DNA of 64,000 nt from a virus. Lineage: Duplodnaviria; Heunggongvirae; Uroviricota; Caudoviricetes. Each line of letters opens with the position of its first letter. The first letter of the stretch is position 1. Below are positions 37,587 to 47,600 of this stretch, one piece after another. The DNA lies in the IMG/VR virus record IMGVR_UViG_3300025319_000008, positions 42,433 through 106,432 of that record; one strand, 5' to 3'. Below the pieces are notes generated by a model that made no database searches, was not told the DNA's origin, and saw only the letters and a program-made list of their open reading frames with translations. The position numbers and the translations under genes were made by a program.

Positions 37587-38072
37587 TTAAATTTTTGGTA
37601 ACAGTTTAAAAATTGTTTCACCTTTGTATTCGCGTTTCATTTCTAAGATACAGGTTTGAACTCTACTTCCTTTGAATGTACTTCTTGGCAAGTGAGTAAT
37701 TGATTTCAATCCAAAATTCATGATGTCTTGTGTTCTCTTTTCTCCATTTATAATAGCTAAATAAGGCATCAAAGCTATGATATTATTAGTCATTTCCATG
37801 CATTTATAAAGTATTTTATAACCTTCAGACATTGGAGTAAATGGAGGGTTCATTACGATGTAGTCGAATTTATTTAATATCAAAGTGTTGAAGTTATCCG
37901 GAGCTATTACATTGCCAAAAGGTTGTAATGCTCTTACTAAATTTCCTTTTCCTGGAGTTGGTTCCAAAATAGAACCGGCATTCTCTGGAAGAAATGATGT
38001 CATGTATTTACAAATGTTTTCAGGTGTTTGAAAATGGTTTTCCCAGTCTTTAAACGGCTTTTCTTGTTCCAT
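37587..38072 (-). CDS. small N6-adenine DNA methyltransferase (gamma-class motif order)
   Basis: FQTPENI (motif X), ILEPTPGKGN (motif I), DYIVMNPPF (motif IV); at only 161 aa there is little room for a target-recognition domain. Confidence 0.6.
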   Translation of the reverse strand: MEQEKPFKDWENHFQTPENICKYMTSFLPENAGSILEPTPGKGNLVRALQPFGNVIAPDNFNTLILNKFDYIVMNPPFTPMSEGYKILYKCMEMTNNIIALMPYLAIINGEKRTQDIMNFGLKSITHLPRSTFKGSRVQTCILEMKREYKGETIFKLLPKI

Positions 38073-38074
38073 AG

Positions 38075-38311
38075 TTATTTTTTATTTTCCATGAATTTAA
38101 CAAAACCTTCCATATCATCACAACTTTGTTCAATTGCTATTTCTTGTTCTTGTTTATATTGGATTTTGCGTTTTAAACATTTTTTACAATCAACTAAATC
38201 CCAATCATCTTCTAAATTTTCAGATTCTATTCCACATATAGCATCGCTCCAGTATGTAGTGTTGTCACTTTCATTGGCATGACTTTCTATTTCTGCAAAA
38301 TGAATTTTCAT
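38075..38311 (-). CDS. hypothetical zinc-ribbon protein
   Basis: C...C...CKKC. Confidence 0.3.
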   Translation of the reverse strand: MKIHFAEIESHANESDNTTYWSDAICGIESENLEDDWDLVDCKKCLKRKIQYKQEQEIAIEQSCDDMEGFVKFMENKK

Positions 38312-38313
38312 AT

Positions 38314-39108
38314 TTAAAATTTCTTTTTAAGAATTAACTTAATGTGCGTATTTTCTTTTAATGTAATCCCAAACTCCTTTTTAATAGACTTAGCTATAAA
38401 CGGCAAAATATAATGCTCATAAAAATCAAAAGAATAATCGTTTGTTGGTATCCGGCTTAGCATATCCTCTAATGTGATTGGCATGTAGTTTTCTCGTAAT
38501 TCCCGGAACCAGTTTTTATTATAACGATATTTTAAAAGATAATGCAATAAGTTTTTGTGATTAGAAATGGAGCCCCAAACAGATTCAAATTCAGCTATGT
38601 GCTGGTCGTTAGTATTGTATACTTTTTCAACATCCTTTAATGAGGATTCATGATTTACGTTTTTACTAACAAGCATATCTCTGATTATAATATAATCAAA
38701 GCCAGTATTAAAAATATTATCCCAAAATTCCTTAACGCTTTCTTCATTTCCATAGGAATATACTTCATGAATAACAGATGAAAGAGTTATGGCGGTTTCT
38801 ATTCCTTTTTTTTGACAATCTTCTACTATGGATTTTATTCTATTCCAATGACAAGTAAATATTGGTCTACTTTTGCCTTCCCAAATATCGCTATTATCAG
38901 CTATGTCTATCATTTCTTGTGATACGTCATAACCTACAAGTTTTATATCCGGACGTAAGTTTTTAATGAATTTTAGCATGGTACCATCAGCGCACCCGAA
39001 ATCAACTATTAATTTAGCGTCAATTCGTTCTATAAAGAAAAGCTTATCCACCATGGATTTTGCCATTTCTTTCCTGTAAATTGAAATATCTGTTATTGTG
39101 TGTTCCAT
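38314..39108 (-). CDS. class I SAM-dependent methyltransferase
   Basis: IVDFGCADGTMLKFI (motif I) and acidic motif II; substrate unknown. Confidence 0.55.
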   Translation of the reverse strand: MEHTITDISIYRKEMAKSMVDKLFFIERIDAKLIVDFGCADGTMLKFIKNLRPDIKLVGYDVSQEMIDIADNSDIWEGKSRPIFTCHWNRIKSIVEDCQKKGIETAITLSSVIHEVYSYGNEESVKEFWDNIFNTGFDYIIIRDMLVSKNVNHESSLKDVEKVYNTNDQHIAEFESVWGSISNHKNLLHYLLKYRYNKNWFRELRENYMPITLEDMLSRIPTNDYSFDFYEHYILPFIAKSIKKEFGITLKENTHIKLILKKKF

Positions 39109-39110
39109 AA

Positions 39111-39632
39111 TTAACCGAAAGTAATAATTCCTTGTGGATGATTGGTGAAAAATGTTTTAATTCCATTCATAACCATTTCTTTTCTATCTTCATCTAAGTG
39201 AAAATCAAAATGTTTTCCCTCTTTGTCGGTATAACCAGTTTTCATAAATTCAACCATTTCATCATAAGAATGGATTATATCATCTGGATAACCGCCTATT
39301 CTTGGCTCATCTGAATAAGATTCTAACACGTTATTTTTATCAAAAAACGTATCATATTTGTAATAGCTCGTTCCGTTTTCTTTATTATATTTTTCAACAG
39401 AAAAATTTCTAATATCCTTGTATAGAATCCAGTTTTCGTTTCTATTACATTCTGTTTCAAATGTTGCTAATTCACAAACCGGCTCTTCTAATTCGTTATC
39501 AATTGCCCATTGATACATTTTTCTGTGTCCAGCTGAAATATACTCTGTTTTATTTAGCCATTCCTGAGCTAAGTTAATTATTTTTTTCTTATCAGTTTCA
39601 TAAGGAGCTGAAAACCAAGTATGACATCCCAT
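39111..39632 (-). CDS. hypothetical protein
   Basis: 173-aa ORF. Confidence 0.4.
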   Translation of the reverse strand: MGCHTWFSAPYETDKKKIINLAQEWLNKTEYISAGHRKMYQWAIDNELEEPVCELATFETECNRNENWILYKDIRNFSVEKYNKENGTSYYKYDTFFDKNNVLESYSDEPRIGGYPDDIIHSYDEMVEFMKTGYTDKEGKHFDFHLDEDRKEMVMNGIKTFFTNHPQGIITFG

Positions 39633-39740
39633 AATATTAATGTTTTATAAATTAAACGAAAAAGTTTATTGTTTGTTATATTTATAATTTTAACAAATGT
39701 AGGGAGGAAAATTTGAATTAAAAACACCTCCCTACAATGA

Positions 39741-41165
39741 TTATCCTACTTTAGGTTTAAATTTGTCTAAAATAGACAGAATGCTTTTTCCTTCATCTGT
39801 TTGCTTTAATCCCTCAATCATTCCATTTAGTTGAGAAGCTCCTTTAGCGGTAAATAAGTCTGACAATTTACCTATACCAGAATGTACATCACCGCTATTG
39901 ATTAAAAGTTTTAAATCAGCTTTCGATAAAGCAGTTGCTATTGATTCGTATTGAGTAACACCAATTACTTGGCTAACTTCAACCTCTTTAATCTTTATCA
40001 AATATTCTTGATAAGGTTTGTTTTCACCAATCTCTTTCGCCAGTGTTGTTTGAGCTGTTACACCTGCTAATTCCATTGCTTTCTTAGATTCTGCCATAGA
40101 AATACCTTTAGCTTGAATAACAAAAGCTTCAGCCTCACCGAAAGTTTTTTCACCCTCTGCCAATTTCTTTTTGGCTTCCAGTTGAGCAGAAGCATCAGTT
40201 TCTACTCTAAATTTATTGGCTTCTGCTGAAATTTCCATTTTTCTCTTATCTTGTTCAGCTAAGATAATGGCATTCTCCTTATTGATTTCAGCTTGTTTGA
40301 TTTGATTTACTTTAATAACTTCCATCTGTTGCTCGGCTGTCAATCTTTCTGATTTTGCAATCTCTGAAACTGCTTGTTGATTAGCAATACCTGATTGTTT
40401 GTCTGATTCTGCTTGTGCTATACCAATTGCTTGTTTGGATTTAGCTTGTGCCTCTCCGGACATCTTTTCTGTATCAGCTTTTGTTATATCAATTTCTTTT
40501 TGTGCTTCAAGTTCCGCTTGTTGAGCAAACTTTCTATTTTTAGCAACTTCTGTTCTTGATTCCATATCAATTGCAGAAATTCTTTTTGCCATTATCTGAT
40601 GAATAACATTTGAGCCATCAGCATCTCTCACATCCATCAACTCGATATTTTTTATTGGCTCAACGCCCCAATTTTGCAAATCGGTTTTTACATTTTCAGT
40701 AAACTTATCTCCAAAAATAGAACGCTCTTCCATTATTTCTTCCAATTTTGATTTTGCCAATATAGAACGGACAGCACCTTGAACAACATTTTCTAATTGC
40801 TTTCTCATTTCATCAAATGATTCTACTTTCTCTGCGGCTTTATTAGTATCTGCTATATGAAAGAACGCTTTAACATCAACCACAAAAGGTACTCGGTCTT
40901 TATCATAAGCAGAATACTTTAATAAATCAATATCAAAATTTGATACAGGCAATTCTCGCTTAATAACACCTATTTTTGGTAGCCATCCAGGAAATTCATA
41001 ATAGACATTAGATTCTTTTCCCACTCCGTATGAAACTGTTTTATTTCCCCTTTGAACAATATGAACTACATTTGTAGGAACAATTCTTCGTAGAGAGAAA
41101 ACATAAATAGAAATAGCAATCAATATTATTGAAGGAATACCATAGATTAAAATTATTTGTTGCAT
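39741..41165 (-). CDS. SPFH/Band-7 (flotillin/YqiK-like) membrane protein with a long coiled-coil
   Basis: N-terminal TM helix; SPFH core; a ~200-aa Ala/Glu/Lys/Gln-rich coiled-coil typical of flotillins. Confidence 0.7.
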   Translation of the reverse strand: MQQIILIYGIPSIILIAISIYVFSLRRIVPTNVVHIVQRGNKTVSYGVGKESNVYYEFPGWLPKIGVIKRELPVSNFDIDLLKYSAYDKDRVPFVVDVKAFFHIADTNKAAEKVESFDEMRKQLENVVQGAVRSILAKSKLEEIMEERSIFGDKFTENVKTDLQNWGVEPIKNIELMDVRDADGSNVIHQIMAKRISAIDMESRTEVAKNRKFAQQAELEAQKEIDITKADTEKMSGEAQAKSKQAIGIAQAESDKQSGIANQQAVSEIAKSERLTAEQQMEVIKVNQIKQAEINKENAIILAEQDKRKMEISAEANKFRVETDASAQLEAKKKLAEGEKTFGEAEAFVIQAKGISMAESKKAMELAGVTAQTTLAKEIGENKPYQEYLIKIKEVEVSQVIGVTQYESIATALSKADLKLLINSGDVHSGIGKLSDLFTAKGASQLNGMIEGLKQTDEGKSILSILDKFKPKVG

Positions 41166-41370
41166 TTTGTTTGTTTTTAATTGTTTAATTAATAAATTAT
41201 TTATTTTTCCACGCTATTTTTTCAATTTAAATCTTCTTTCGTGTTTTGTGGTAAACTTGATGCATGAAAATAAACTGCCACTAACATTAGATAAATAAAA
41301 ACTGGTGGTGGTCTAATTTGTGTAAATATTTGTTGTGTTTTGAAAGTCATATCTTCATCAAGTTTTGTGG

Positions 41371-42312
41371 TTAATCACTCTTTTTACTAACAAGTTCTAA
41401 ATCGTTTTCATGGTGCCATACTTGGCAATTTCTTTTATCTGACTTCTCTCCATAAACCAAGTACCCTTCGCCTTGCTTCCAATATTCCACTTTGTTTACT
41501 ATATAAGTTTCCTTACCAACATTCTTCGCTCCGTCTTTATTGTGTTCTGTTTCAGAAAATGCATCATTTATTGAAATCACTGTATCTCCAACACTAAAAC
41601 GGCATGAAACATTACTTTTTAACTCATCAATTTGTCTTTTTAATTCTCTAATAACCTGTGCAACAGCATAATCGTTAACCCATTTTGGGTCTTCTATGAA
41701 TGTTAATATAACAGACTCGCATCTATTTAAATCATACAACATGCCTCCGGCTGGTTGTTTAACAAATTCTTTTAATGGCATTGCTTGAATACCATCAAAT
41801 GTTGCTGTTACTATGTTTCCATTTTTGTATTCTGATAATACTAAATCTTTAATGTTCTCAGCCGGAACACGTCCGTCAAAAACAACTATCATACTATCTT
41901 TTGTCCCACTTTGTGTTTTTCCTTTTGAATTTAATGGTAAATAGAATTTTCCAGTTTCATCTATTTTGCCGAACTTAATTCTTCCTTTTATAAATTCAAT
42001 TTTGGTTGCATTTGGTTTAATGTATTCTTGGAATAATTTCGTTGAAGTTGAAACAGGGAGCAGGAAAACACAAACTTTGCCTTTTTTCATTTCTTCGATT
42101 CCTTTTTTAATAAATTTCTCTTTTAATTTTTGACTATAAGGAGGATTAATGAAGTTTGAATTACCCCATTCAATTTTTAATCCATCAACTGTAATTTCGT
42201 TTTCACTGTAAGGACATGGATCAAAATCAAAATTAAATCTACTGTTTAACTCTTCGTAAAACTCTGGTGGAGTAGCATAATTATCATCATTGTTTATGTG
42301 TATCTTTTTCAT
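41371..42312 (-). CDS. phage-type DNA N6-adenine methyltransferase (Dam-like) with a C-terminal extension
   Basis: YATPPEFYEELNSRFNFDFDPCP and NFINPPYSQ are signatures of the phage Dam family. Confidence 0.75.
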   Translation of the reverse strand: MKKIHINNDDNYATPPEFYEELNSRFNFDFDPCPYSENEITVDGLKIEWGNSNFINPPYSQKLKEKFIKKGIEEMKKGKVCVFLLPVSTSTKLFQEYIKPNATKIEFIKGRIKFGKIDETGKFYLPLNSKGKTQSGTKDSMIVVFDGRVPAENIKDLVLSEYKNGNIVTATFDGIQAMPLKEFVKQPAGGMLYDLNRCESVILTFIEDPKWVNDYAVAQVIRELKRQIDELKSNVSCRFSVGDTVISINDAFSETEHNKDGAKNVGKETYIVNKVEYWKQGEGYLVYGEKSDKRNCQVWHHENDLELVSKKSD

Positions 42313-42337
42313 TTTTTGATATCAATTATTAGAAACG

Positions 42338-42691
42338 TTAATTTACCCCAAACAAACTAGCCAAATCAAACATGCTGTATTTTTTACTTCTTTGTTGGAA
42401 CACGAATTTCACAATTCTTTTTTGTGAATTAGTTAAGTCTGAAAATTTGCTTCCACCTTTATCATTTTCTAAATCCTGGCATCTCCATTTATAGTTTGCT
42501 GACATTTTCTTAAAATGAATAGCAACATTTCCAACTTCTACTTTTTGATGGAAATCTAAACTATTCCACCAAATATCCACTTTACGTTTTTTAGTCTTAA
42601 GTGCTGGATATTGGTCATAATTTTTACCTTTACCCTTATTTAGTTTGTGCAAAGCTAATATTGCTGCTGGAAGCACTGATATATTTGTCAT
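42338..42691 (-). CDS. hypothetical protein
   Basis: 117-aa ORF. Confidence 0.4.
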   Translation of the reverse strand: MTNISVLPAAILALHKLNKGKGKNYDQYPALKTKKRKVDIWWNSLDFHQKVEVGNVAIHFKKMSANYKWRCQDLENDKGGSKFSDLTNSQKRIVKFVFQQRSKKYSMFDLASLFGVN

Positions 42692-42700
42692 TATTATAAA

Positions 42701-43261
42701 TTAATAACCGTAATAAAACATTATATTATTTTTCCAATCAAAACTTTTATAAATTCTAACAAGCTCAAAAATTGAATATTCGTATTTCCAGCTTGTTGTA
42801 ATCTCATCTCCTTCATCCAAATTATAAGGAGTTAAATGTGTCCACTCTATTGCATTTCCTCTTACCCAGTTAAATAATTCTTCAGCTTTTTTCTGAGGTA
42901 TGTTGCTGATGTTTTCATCTGTGATTCCGGAAATTAATTCCGTATATAAGAATTTCATTTTTTCATTATTGTGCTCAATTATATGTTTTAGGAAATCTTT
43001 ACCAACAATATAAAAATCTTGTTCGGCTGTGAAATTCTCTTGTAAATCTTTATTCATAAAGAATGGTTTATAAAACTTTTCATCACCAAATTCACAATAT
43101 TTTCCAAATCCATATAACTCCTTTTCAGCCATATCACAAACTCCAACACAACCATCTTCTATGTCTTCGTTTTTATATTCATAAAGCTCTTTCTTTGTGA
43201 AGTCTTTAATTTTGTCATACTCTTCCTTTGTGATAGAAGCAATGTAGTTTCGATAGCCCAT
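42701..43261 (-). CDS. hypothetical protein
   Basis: 186-aa ORF. Confidence 0.4.
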   Translation of the reverse strand: MGYRNYIASITKEEYDKIKDFTKKELYEYKNEDIEDGCVGVCDMAEKELYGFGKYCEFGDEKFYKPFFMNKDLQENFTAEQDFYIVGKDFLKHIIEHNNEKMKFLYTELISGITDENISNIPQKKAEELFNWVRGNAIEWTHLTPYNLDEGDEITTSWKYEYSIFELVRIYKSFDWKNNIMFYYGY

Positions 43262-43262
43262 T

Positions 43263-43691
43263 TTATTTATTTTCTATTTCTGAAATTTGTAGATTTATGT
43301 ATTTTAATTTGTCTTCCAAAATGCTTTTGTTCTTACGTAAATAATCGATATAATCAGTATCATCTTTTTTGTATATTAAAAAAAATTCATCATTTATTTT
43401 ATGAAACAAGGAAGCATAAATTTTATCTGAATAAATTAAATCTTCATGTTTTTTTAATTGAACACAAACGTTTGCATGATTCCTGTTGACTGCCTTTCCT
43501 AATGTTTCTACCTTTGAATTTGGAAAATTCATTTTTAAAATTTTCACAACGACCCTTCTTGTGTTGGCGAGTTCCCTGGTTTTAATGTTTGATAGAAAGT
43601 ATTCCAAAGGAATATCTAATTTTTCGTCCACAATTCTATAAAGTAACTCTTTACATTGTTCGAAATCTAATTGATCTTTTTTTGTCATCAT
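43263..43691 (-). CDS. hypothetical protein with a DnaA C-terminal-like helix-turn-helix
   Basis: LANTRRVVVKILKMNFPNSKVETLGKAVNRNHANV resembles the DnaA domain IV segment (..IG..FGGRDHSTV). Confidence 0.35.
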   Translation of the reverse strand: MMTKKDQLDFEQCKELLYRIVDEKLDIPLEYFLSNIKTRELANTRRVVVKILKMNFPNSKVETLGKAVNRNHANVCVQLKKHEDLIYSDKIYASLFHKINDEFFLIYKKDDTDYIDYLRKNKSILEDKLKYINLQISEIENK

Positions 43692-43706
43692 ATTATTGTT
43701 GTTATA

Positions 43707-44225
43707 TTATATCATGTCCCATCCACAAATTTTCCCATCTGGACCACAATAAACTAATTCCAACTGCGGAGGGATATGTTTACCAGTATAAGCATTTGTT
43801 GTTGAATATTTATAAATATCTTCGCTTGTTATTTCTGTAAGAATTGTATTTTCCCCTTTACTTTCAACTTTAAATCCCCACATTTCTCTTATCATTTTTT
43901 TATCATCTATTTTCTGATTCATATTACATACAAGTATGACAATGACAGAATTTGAAGTAGTTAAATAATTTAATATTGTTGTTTTAAAGTTTAAAGATAA
44001 TCTTAAAAATTCAGATACTTCATCATATGGAATAAATTTATATCTTCCATTTTTTTGTTTTTTTACAAGCCACCTTCCATTAATTTGTTCTCCATTACTA
44101 TTGTAAGCTGAATAAACAATACTTGATAAATATTTTGTTCTTTTACGAATATTTTTCATTAATAAATTAACTCCTGTACGGTCGATATTTTTGTTTATTT
44201 TATAATTGCTAAAAATTTTATCCAT
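43707..44225 (-). CDS. hypothetical protein
   Basis: ORF track start 44375; the internal Met at 44225 avoids an out-of-frame overlap. Confidence 0.35.
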   Translation of the reverse strand: MDKIFSNYKINKNIDRTGVNLLMKNIRKRTKYLSSIVYSAYNSNGEQINGRWLVKKQKNGRYKFIPYDEVSEFLRLSLNFKTTILNYLTTSNSVIVILVCNMNQKIDDKKMIREMWGFKVESKGENTILTEITSEDIYKYSTTNAYTGKHIPPQLELVYCGPDGKICGWDMI

Positions 44226-44490
44226 GATTGAGAATGTTAATATTTTCGTTTTCAATAAATGATATTGCCGGAGCTGTTTCTTCTTCCTCTTTGAATTTCC
44301 AAACGTACCAATAAGACTTTTTCTGAGCCCCTTTACAACATCTAAGAATTGCGCTCTTATCAAATCCAAGCTCATTATTTATTTGAGAAGCAGAATCCCA
44401 TTCTTTAATTAATTCACCAGAATCATCATATTGACAGATTTTTTTTCTATCGTATTTTCCTATAGTAATTCTATTATAGACTTTTGGCAT
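44218..44490 (-). CDS. small DNA-binding protein resembling the NUMOD1-type module of phage homing endonucleases
   Basis: CQYDDSGELIKEWDSASQINNELGFDKSAILRCCKGAQKKSYWYVWKF (V.qYd..G.li..w.S...a...lg.....I..cc.G..k...G..W.y pattern). Confidence 0.35.
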   Translation of the reverse strand: MPKVYNRITIGKYDRKKICQYDDSGELIKEWDSASQINNELGFDKSAILRCCKGAQKKSYWYVWKFKEEEETAPAISFIENENINILNHG

Positions 44491-44496
44491 TATTTT

Positions 44497-44685
44497 CTAC
44501 TTTTTTAAAATCTCATAACCAAATCTCCAGAATACAACAATTAATGCAAATATAGGAAATAAAAGTATAAAACAATATTGTGATATTGTTAATATGCTGG
44601 TTACAACAAAAAATAATAACAAAAAGCGTATTGGCTCTAATAAATTATTATACCACTCATTTGATTTTATTATCCAGTTTTTCAT
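44497..44685 (-). CDS. small membrane protein
   Basis: Two hydrophobic helices. Confidence 0.3.
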   Translation of the reverse strand: MKNWIIKSNEWYNNLLEPIRFLLLFFVVTSILTISQYCFILLFPIFALIVVFWRFGYEILKK

Positions 44686-44690
44686 GAGAT

Positions 44691-45380
44691 TTATTTTTTA
44701 GGACTACTAACAAATACTAAACCATTCCGGGACATCATTCTTCTTAAAATTATAGCCTGTGCTTTCCAATCTTCTAATTGTGGCACATCTTTCATGGTTA
44801 TCCAATCTACAGAGGCTCCTAATTCAACTGGGTTTTTTGTTGTTTTTTCTCCTTGTAAAAGTTTATCAACCTCTACTGAAAATAAATGGCAAAATTGATT
44901 ACTTTGTGTTGATACCATTACTTTCCCATGATAATCTATGGATTCAATTTTCACATCAAATCCGGACTCTTCTATGGTTTCGTCTTTCACTAATGTTCTT
45001 AAGTCGGCATGATATTTTTCATCATCTATTGAGCCTCCAAAAGCACTGGTTAAATGTCTTCCTAAAGGGTCTTTGTACTCGTGAATTAATCCTATTCGTC
45101 GTTCATCAGAAGCGTTTATAGCAATTAATATAAAAGCAACAGAATCTACTCCTTTTCGTTCTGAATAAATGAATCCACCGGCTCTTTTCACCTTCAAAAA
45201 AGGATTATCAAATAATAACTCATGTTGATGTTCTATTTCCGGAGCGTGTTTTATTGAGTTGATGTCTATTACTATATCTTCTGATTCTATTTTCTCTTGT
45301 GGTTTTTCTCCGCCAAATGTTAAATTATCAGAGCCCCAAGTTGAGGATGATTTATCTTTTACTTCGTCTAAATTTTCCAT
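44691..45380 (-). CDS. NUDIX hydrolase (ADP-ribose pyrophosphatase-like), with a divergent Nudix box
   Basis: GGSIDDEKYHADLRTLVKDETIEESGF approximates Gx5Ex7REUxEExGU, with an insertion. Confidence 0.5.
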   Translation of the reverse strand: MENLDEVKDKSSSTWGSDNLTFGGEKPQEKIESEDIVIDINSIKHAPEIEHQHELLFDNPFLKVKRAGGFIYSERKGVDSVAFILIAINASDERRIGLIHEYKDPLGRHLTSAFGGSIDDEKYHADLRTLVKDETIEESGFDVKIESIDYHGKVMVSTQSNQFCHLFSVEVDKLLQGEKTTKNPVELGASVDWITMKDVPQLEDWKAQAIILRRMMSRNGLVFVSSPKK

Positions 45381-45397
45381 GTTGCAAATATAATAAA

Positions 45398-45937
45398 TTA
45401 TTTTTTAGTTTTTGATTTTTTTACGATTTTGATTTTTTTCTCAAATAAAACTTCTCTTGTTATGATTGGAGTTATTTTGTACATTTCACCTAAAAGAGTT
45501 TTTATTACTTTCACTTCCTCTTGAGATTGATATGCTTTATTAGTAAGCTCTCTTGAAAGATAAAATAAAAAAGCATTTTCATATACAACACCGTCAAACA
45601 TTTTATTAAAATCTTCAAAAAGAACAACTTCATTAATTAGCTCTACTGTGCCAGCTAATCCAAAGTTTAAATTTTCACAAATAGATATTTGTCCATCTGA
45701 CCTTATATTGAATATTAAAATTTGAATATTGTTCCCTTTATCATCTTTTATTGTTTGTAAATTTTGAAATGGAAATTCCAAGCTTAAATGATTAAAAAAA
45801 CAAAGTGATTGCTGTGGATTTATATGAATATGTGAATATAGCATTCCCATCTCTTGTAAGCTTGACATTATGCTTGGTATGACGTTCTCTCTTAATACCA
45901 TGAACATTTCTTGGAATAACGTTATTTTCTTGCTCAT
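45398..45937 (-). CDS. hypothetical protein ending in ITREVLFEK
   Basis: 179-aa ORF. Confidence 0.45.
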   Translation of the reverse strand: MSKKITLFQEMFMVLRENVIPSIMSSLQEMGMLYSHIHINPQQSLCFFNHLSLEFPFQNLQTIKDDKGNNIQILIFNIRSDGQISICENLNFGLAGTVELINEVVLFEDFNKMFDGVVYENAFLFYLSRELTNKAYQSQEEVKVIKTLLGEMYKITPIITREVLFEKKIKIVKKSKTKK

Positions 45938-46455
45938 TATTTTATTTTTTCTAATAATACTTTTCTTGTTTCTATATTATTTAAATCCATATTTGGACTA
46001 AGACCTAAAATTTTCTTTATAGCTCCAACGCTACAATTTTCTGGTACTTCATGATTTTCAATCTCCTGTAAAGCACACATTCCAAGTTTTAAAACATAAG
46101 AATTATTAAGTATTCTACAAAGCTCATTTATTGCTGTATTTTTGTTGTCAAAATTAAAATCTAATGTTTCTGGTTCTACTCTTTGTAAATGTTCTAACAT
46201 TATGTGACCAAGGGACGCCCTTACTCTTATTTTGGAAACAGTACAACGTTCAAAAAATCCATCCTTATTTATTGCAACATAAAAATAAATTTCATATCCA
46301 TCGGTATTCAAACGTATATTTTCTTTAAGAAGAAAAAAATTTGGATTCCATTGATCTTTTTCAGGTGATAAAAGTCTATAATAACCAATTAATTTAGGAA
46401 TAAATTCATTAAACAATTTTTCTAAAATTAATCTTTTTACAGTTTCTGAATCCAT
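45937..46455 (-). CDS. hypothetical protein
   Basis: 172-aa ORF. Confidence 0.45.
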   Translation of the reverse strand: MDSETVKRLILEKLFNEFIPKLIGYYRLLSPEKDQWNPNFFLLKENIRLNTDGYEIYFYVAINKDGFFERCTVSKIRVRASLGHIMLEHLQRVEPETLDFNFDNKNTAINELCRILNNSYVLKLGMCALQEIENHEVPENCSVGAIKKILGLSPNMDLNNIETRKVLLEKIK

Positions 46456-46457
46456 TT

Positions 46458-46736
46458 TTAATAAAATTTGAATTTTTCAACTAAAACTTCTCTTGTTATT
46501 ATTGGATTCCTTGAAGTTTCCTTAAAGGTTTCTAATGACCATTCACCAGAAATTCCAATAATTTTTAGTCCTGTTATTTCTTCGGGATAATATACGCCGG
46601 ACATTTTCCCCCAAAATGCTTCTTTTTTAATAACTTCGCTTATTTGTACTTTTGTTCCTTTATGAAAAATTATTCTTCCAGATTCACTGAATATTTCATC
46701 TTTAATAGTAACTACATCACCGCATGCTATGTCCAT
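46458..46736 (-). CDS. hypothetical protein ending in ITREVLVEKFKFY
   Basis: 92-aa ORF. Confidence 0.4.
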   Translation of the reverse strand: MDIACGDVVTIKDEIFSESGRIIFHKGTKVQISEVIKKEAFWGKMSGVYYPEEITGLKIIGISGEWSLETFKETSRNPIITREVLVEKFKFY

Positions 46737-46943
46737 TTAAATGTTTTTTATGACGTAAAATAAGCTTATAATAATTCCTAACGCTTCAAATAAAACAAAT
46801 AAAAAATTAAATAAAAAACTGCTTATATTAATAGTTTCTAGCGTTATGCTGTTTGCCATGCCAACGTAGCCTGAAACAAGTCCAAGTGAACAACAAATTA
46901 TTCCTATTATCCCAAGTGTAAATTGTCTAGTTTCTTTATTCAT
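46737..46943 (-). CDS. small membrane protein
   Basis: Two TM helices. Confidence 0.3.
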   Translation of the reverse strand: MNKETRQFTLGIIGIICCSLGLVSGYVGMANSITLETINISSFLFNFLFVLFEALGIIISLFYVIKNI

Positions 46944-46951
46944 ATTTTTAT

Positions 46952-47227
46952 TTATTTTGATATTGTCATTAAAAGTTCTAAAATATTATGGACAGCTTCT
47001 GAATTGCTTTTGCAGTTCTCATCTGTAAACCAGGCATTTTTACCATCATCTTCACCGCGACCTCCAATAGCAGAACTCATAGTTTTTATATGAGAAGAAA
47101 CTAAAAGTCCACCATCTCCTTTGCAATTAACTTCGAAATGACCTAATTTGGATTTTATAATGTAAATTATATCATCATTATCTGATGTTGATTTTAATTC
47201 AATACTAATATTTGATTTAGTTTTCAT
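46952..47227 (-). CDS. hypothetical protein
   Basis: 91-aa ORF. Confidence 0.35.
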   Translation of the reverse strand: MKTKSNISIELKSTSDNDDIIYIIKSKLGHFEVNCKGDGGLLVSSHIKTMSSAIGGRGEDDGKNAWFTDENCKSNSEAVHNILELLMTISK

Positions 47228-47228
47228 A

Positions 47229-47600
47229 TTAATTTTTTTTTATTGGCACATTATATCTTTCCTTAAACCAGCCAATTGGAATATCAACTCCATCTTTTGT
47301 GGCTTTATCTTGTATGTCGTCCCAAATATCTTCTGGCTCTACAATTACAGCATACTTTTTAAAACCTCCTCTATTACAGTGAATTCCTTCCGGCTCTATG
47401 TATACTTCCTCAATCTCAAATTCCACTTCTTTGCCTTCTGGGTTTAGTGTTAAACTATCCATGTCTGTTTCATCTGGATGCAGTGGTAATAGTTCTACTA
47501 TTTCTGAACATGTTCTTCCTGGCATTCCATGGAAACATGGATCTTTTATCCAATGTTTTATTACCCAGACATTTCCTATTTTAGTTAGTGTTCCTTTCAT
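47229..47600 (-). CDS. hypothetical protein
   Basis: 123-aa ORF. Confidence 0.4.
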   Translation of the reverse strand: MKGTLTKIGNVWVIKHWIKDPCFHGMPGRTCSEIVELLPLHPDETDMDSLTLNPEGKEVEFEIEEVYIEPEGIHCNRGGFKKYAVIVEPEDIWDDIQDKATKDGVDIPIGWFKERYNVPIKKN

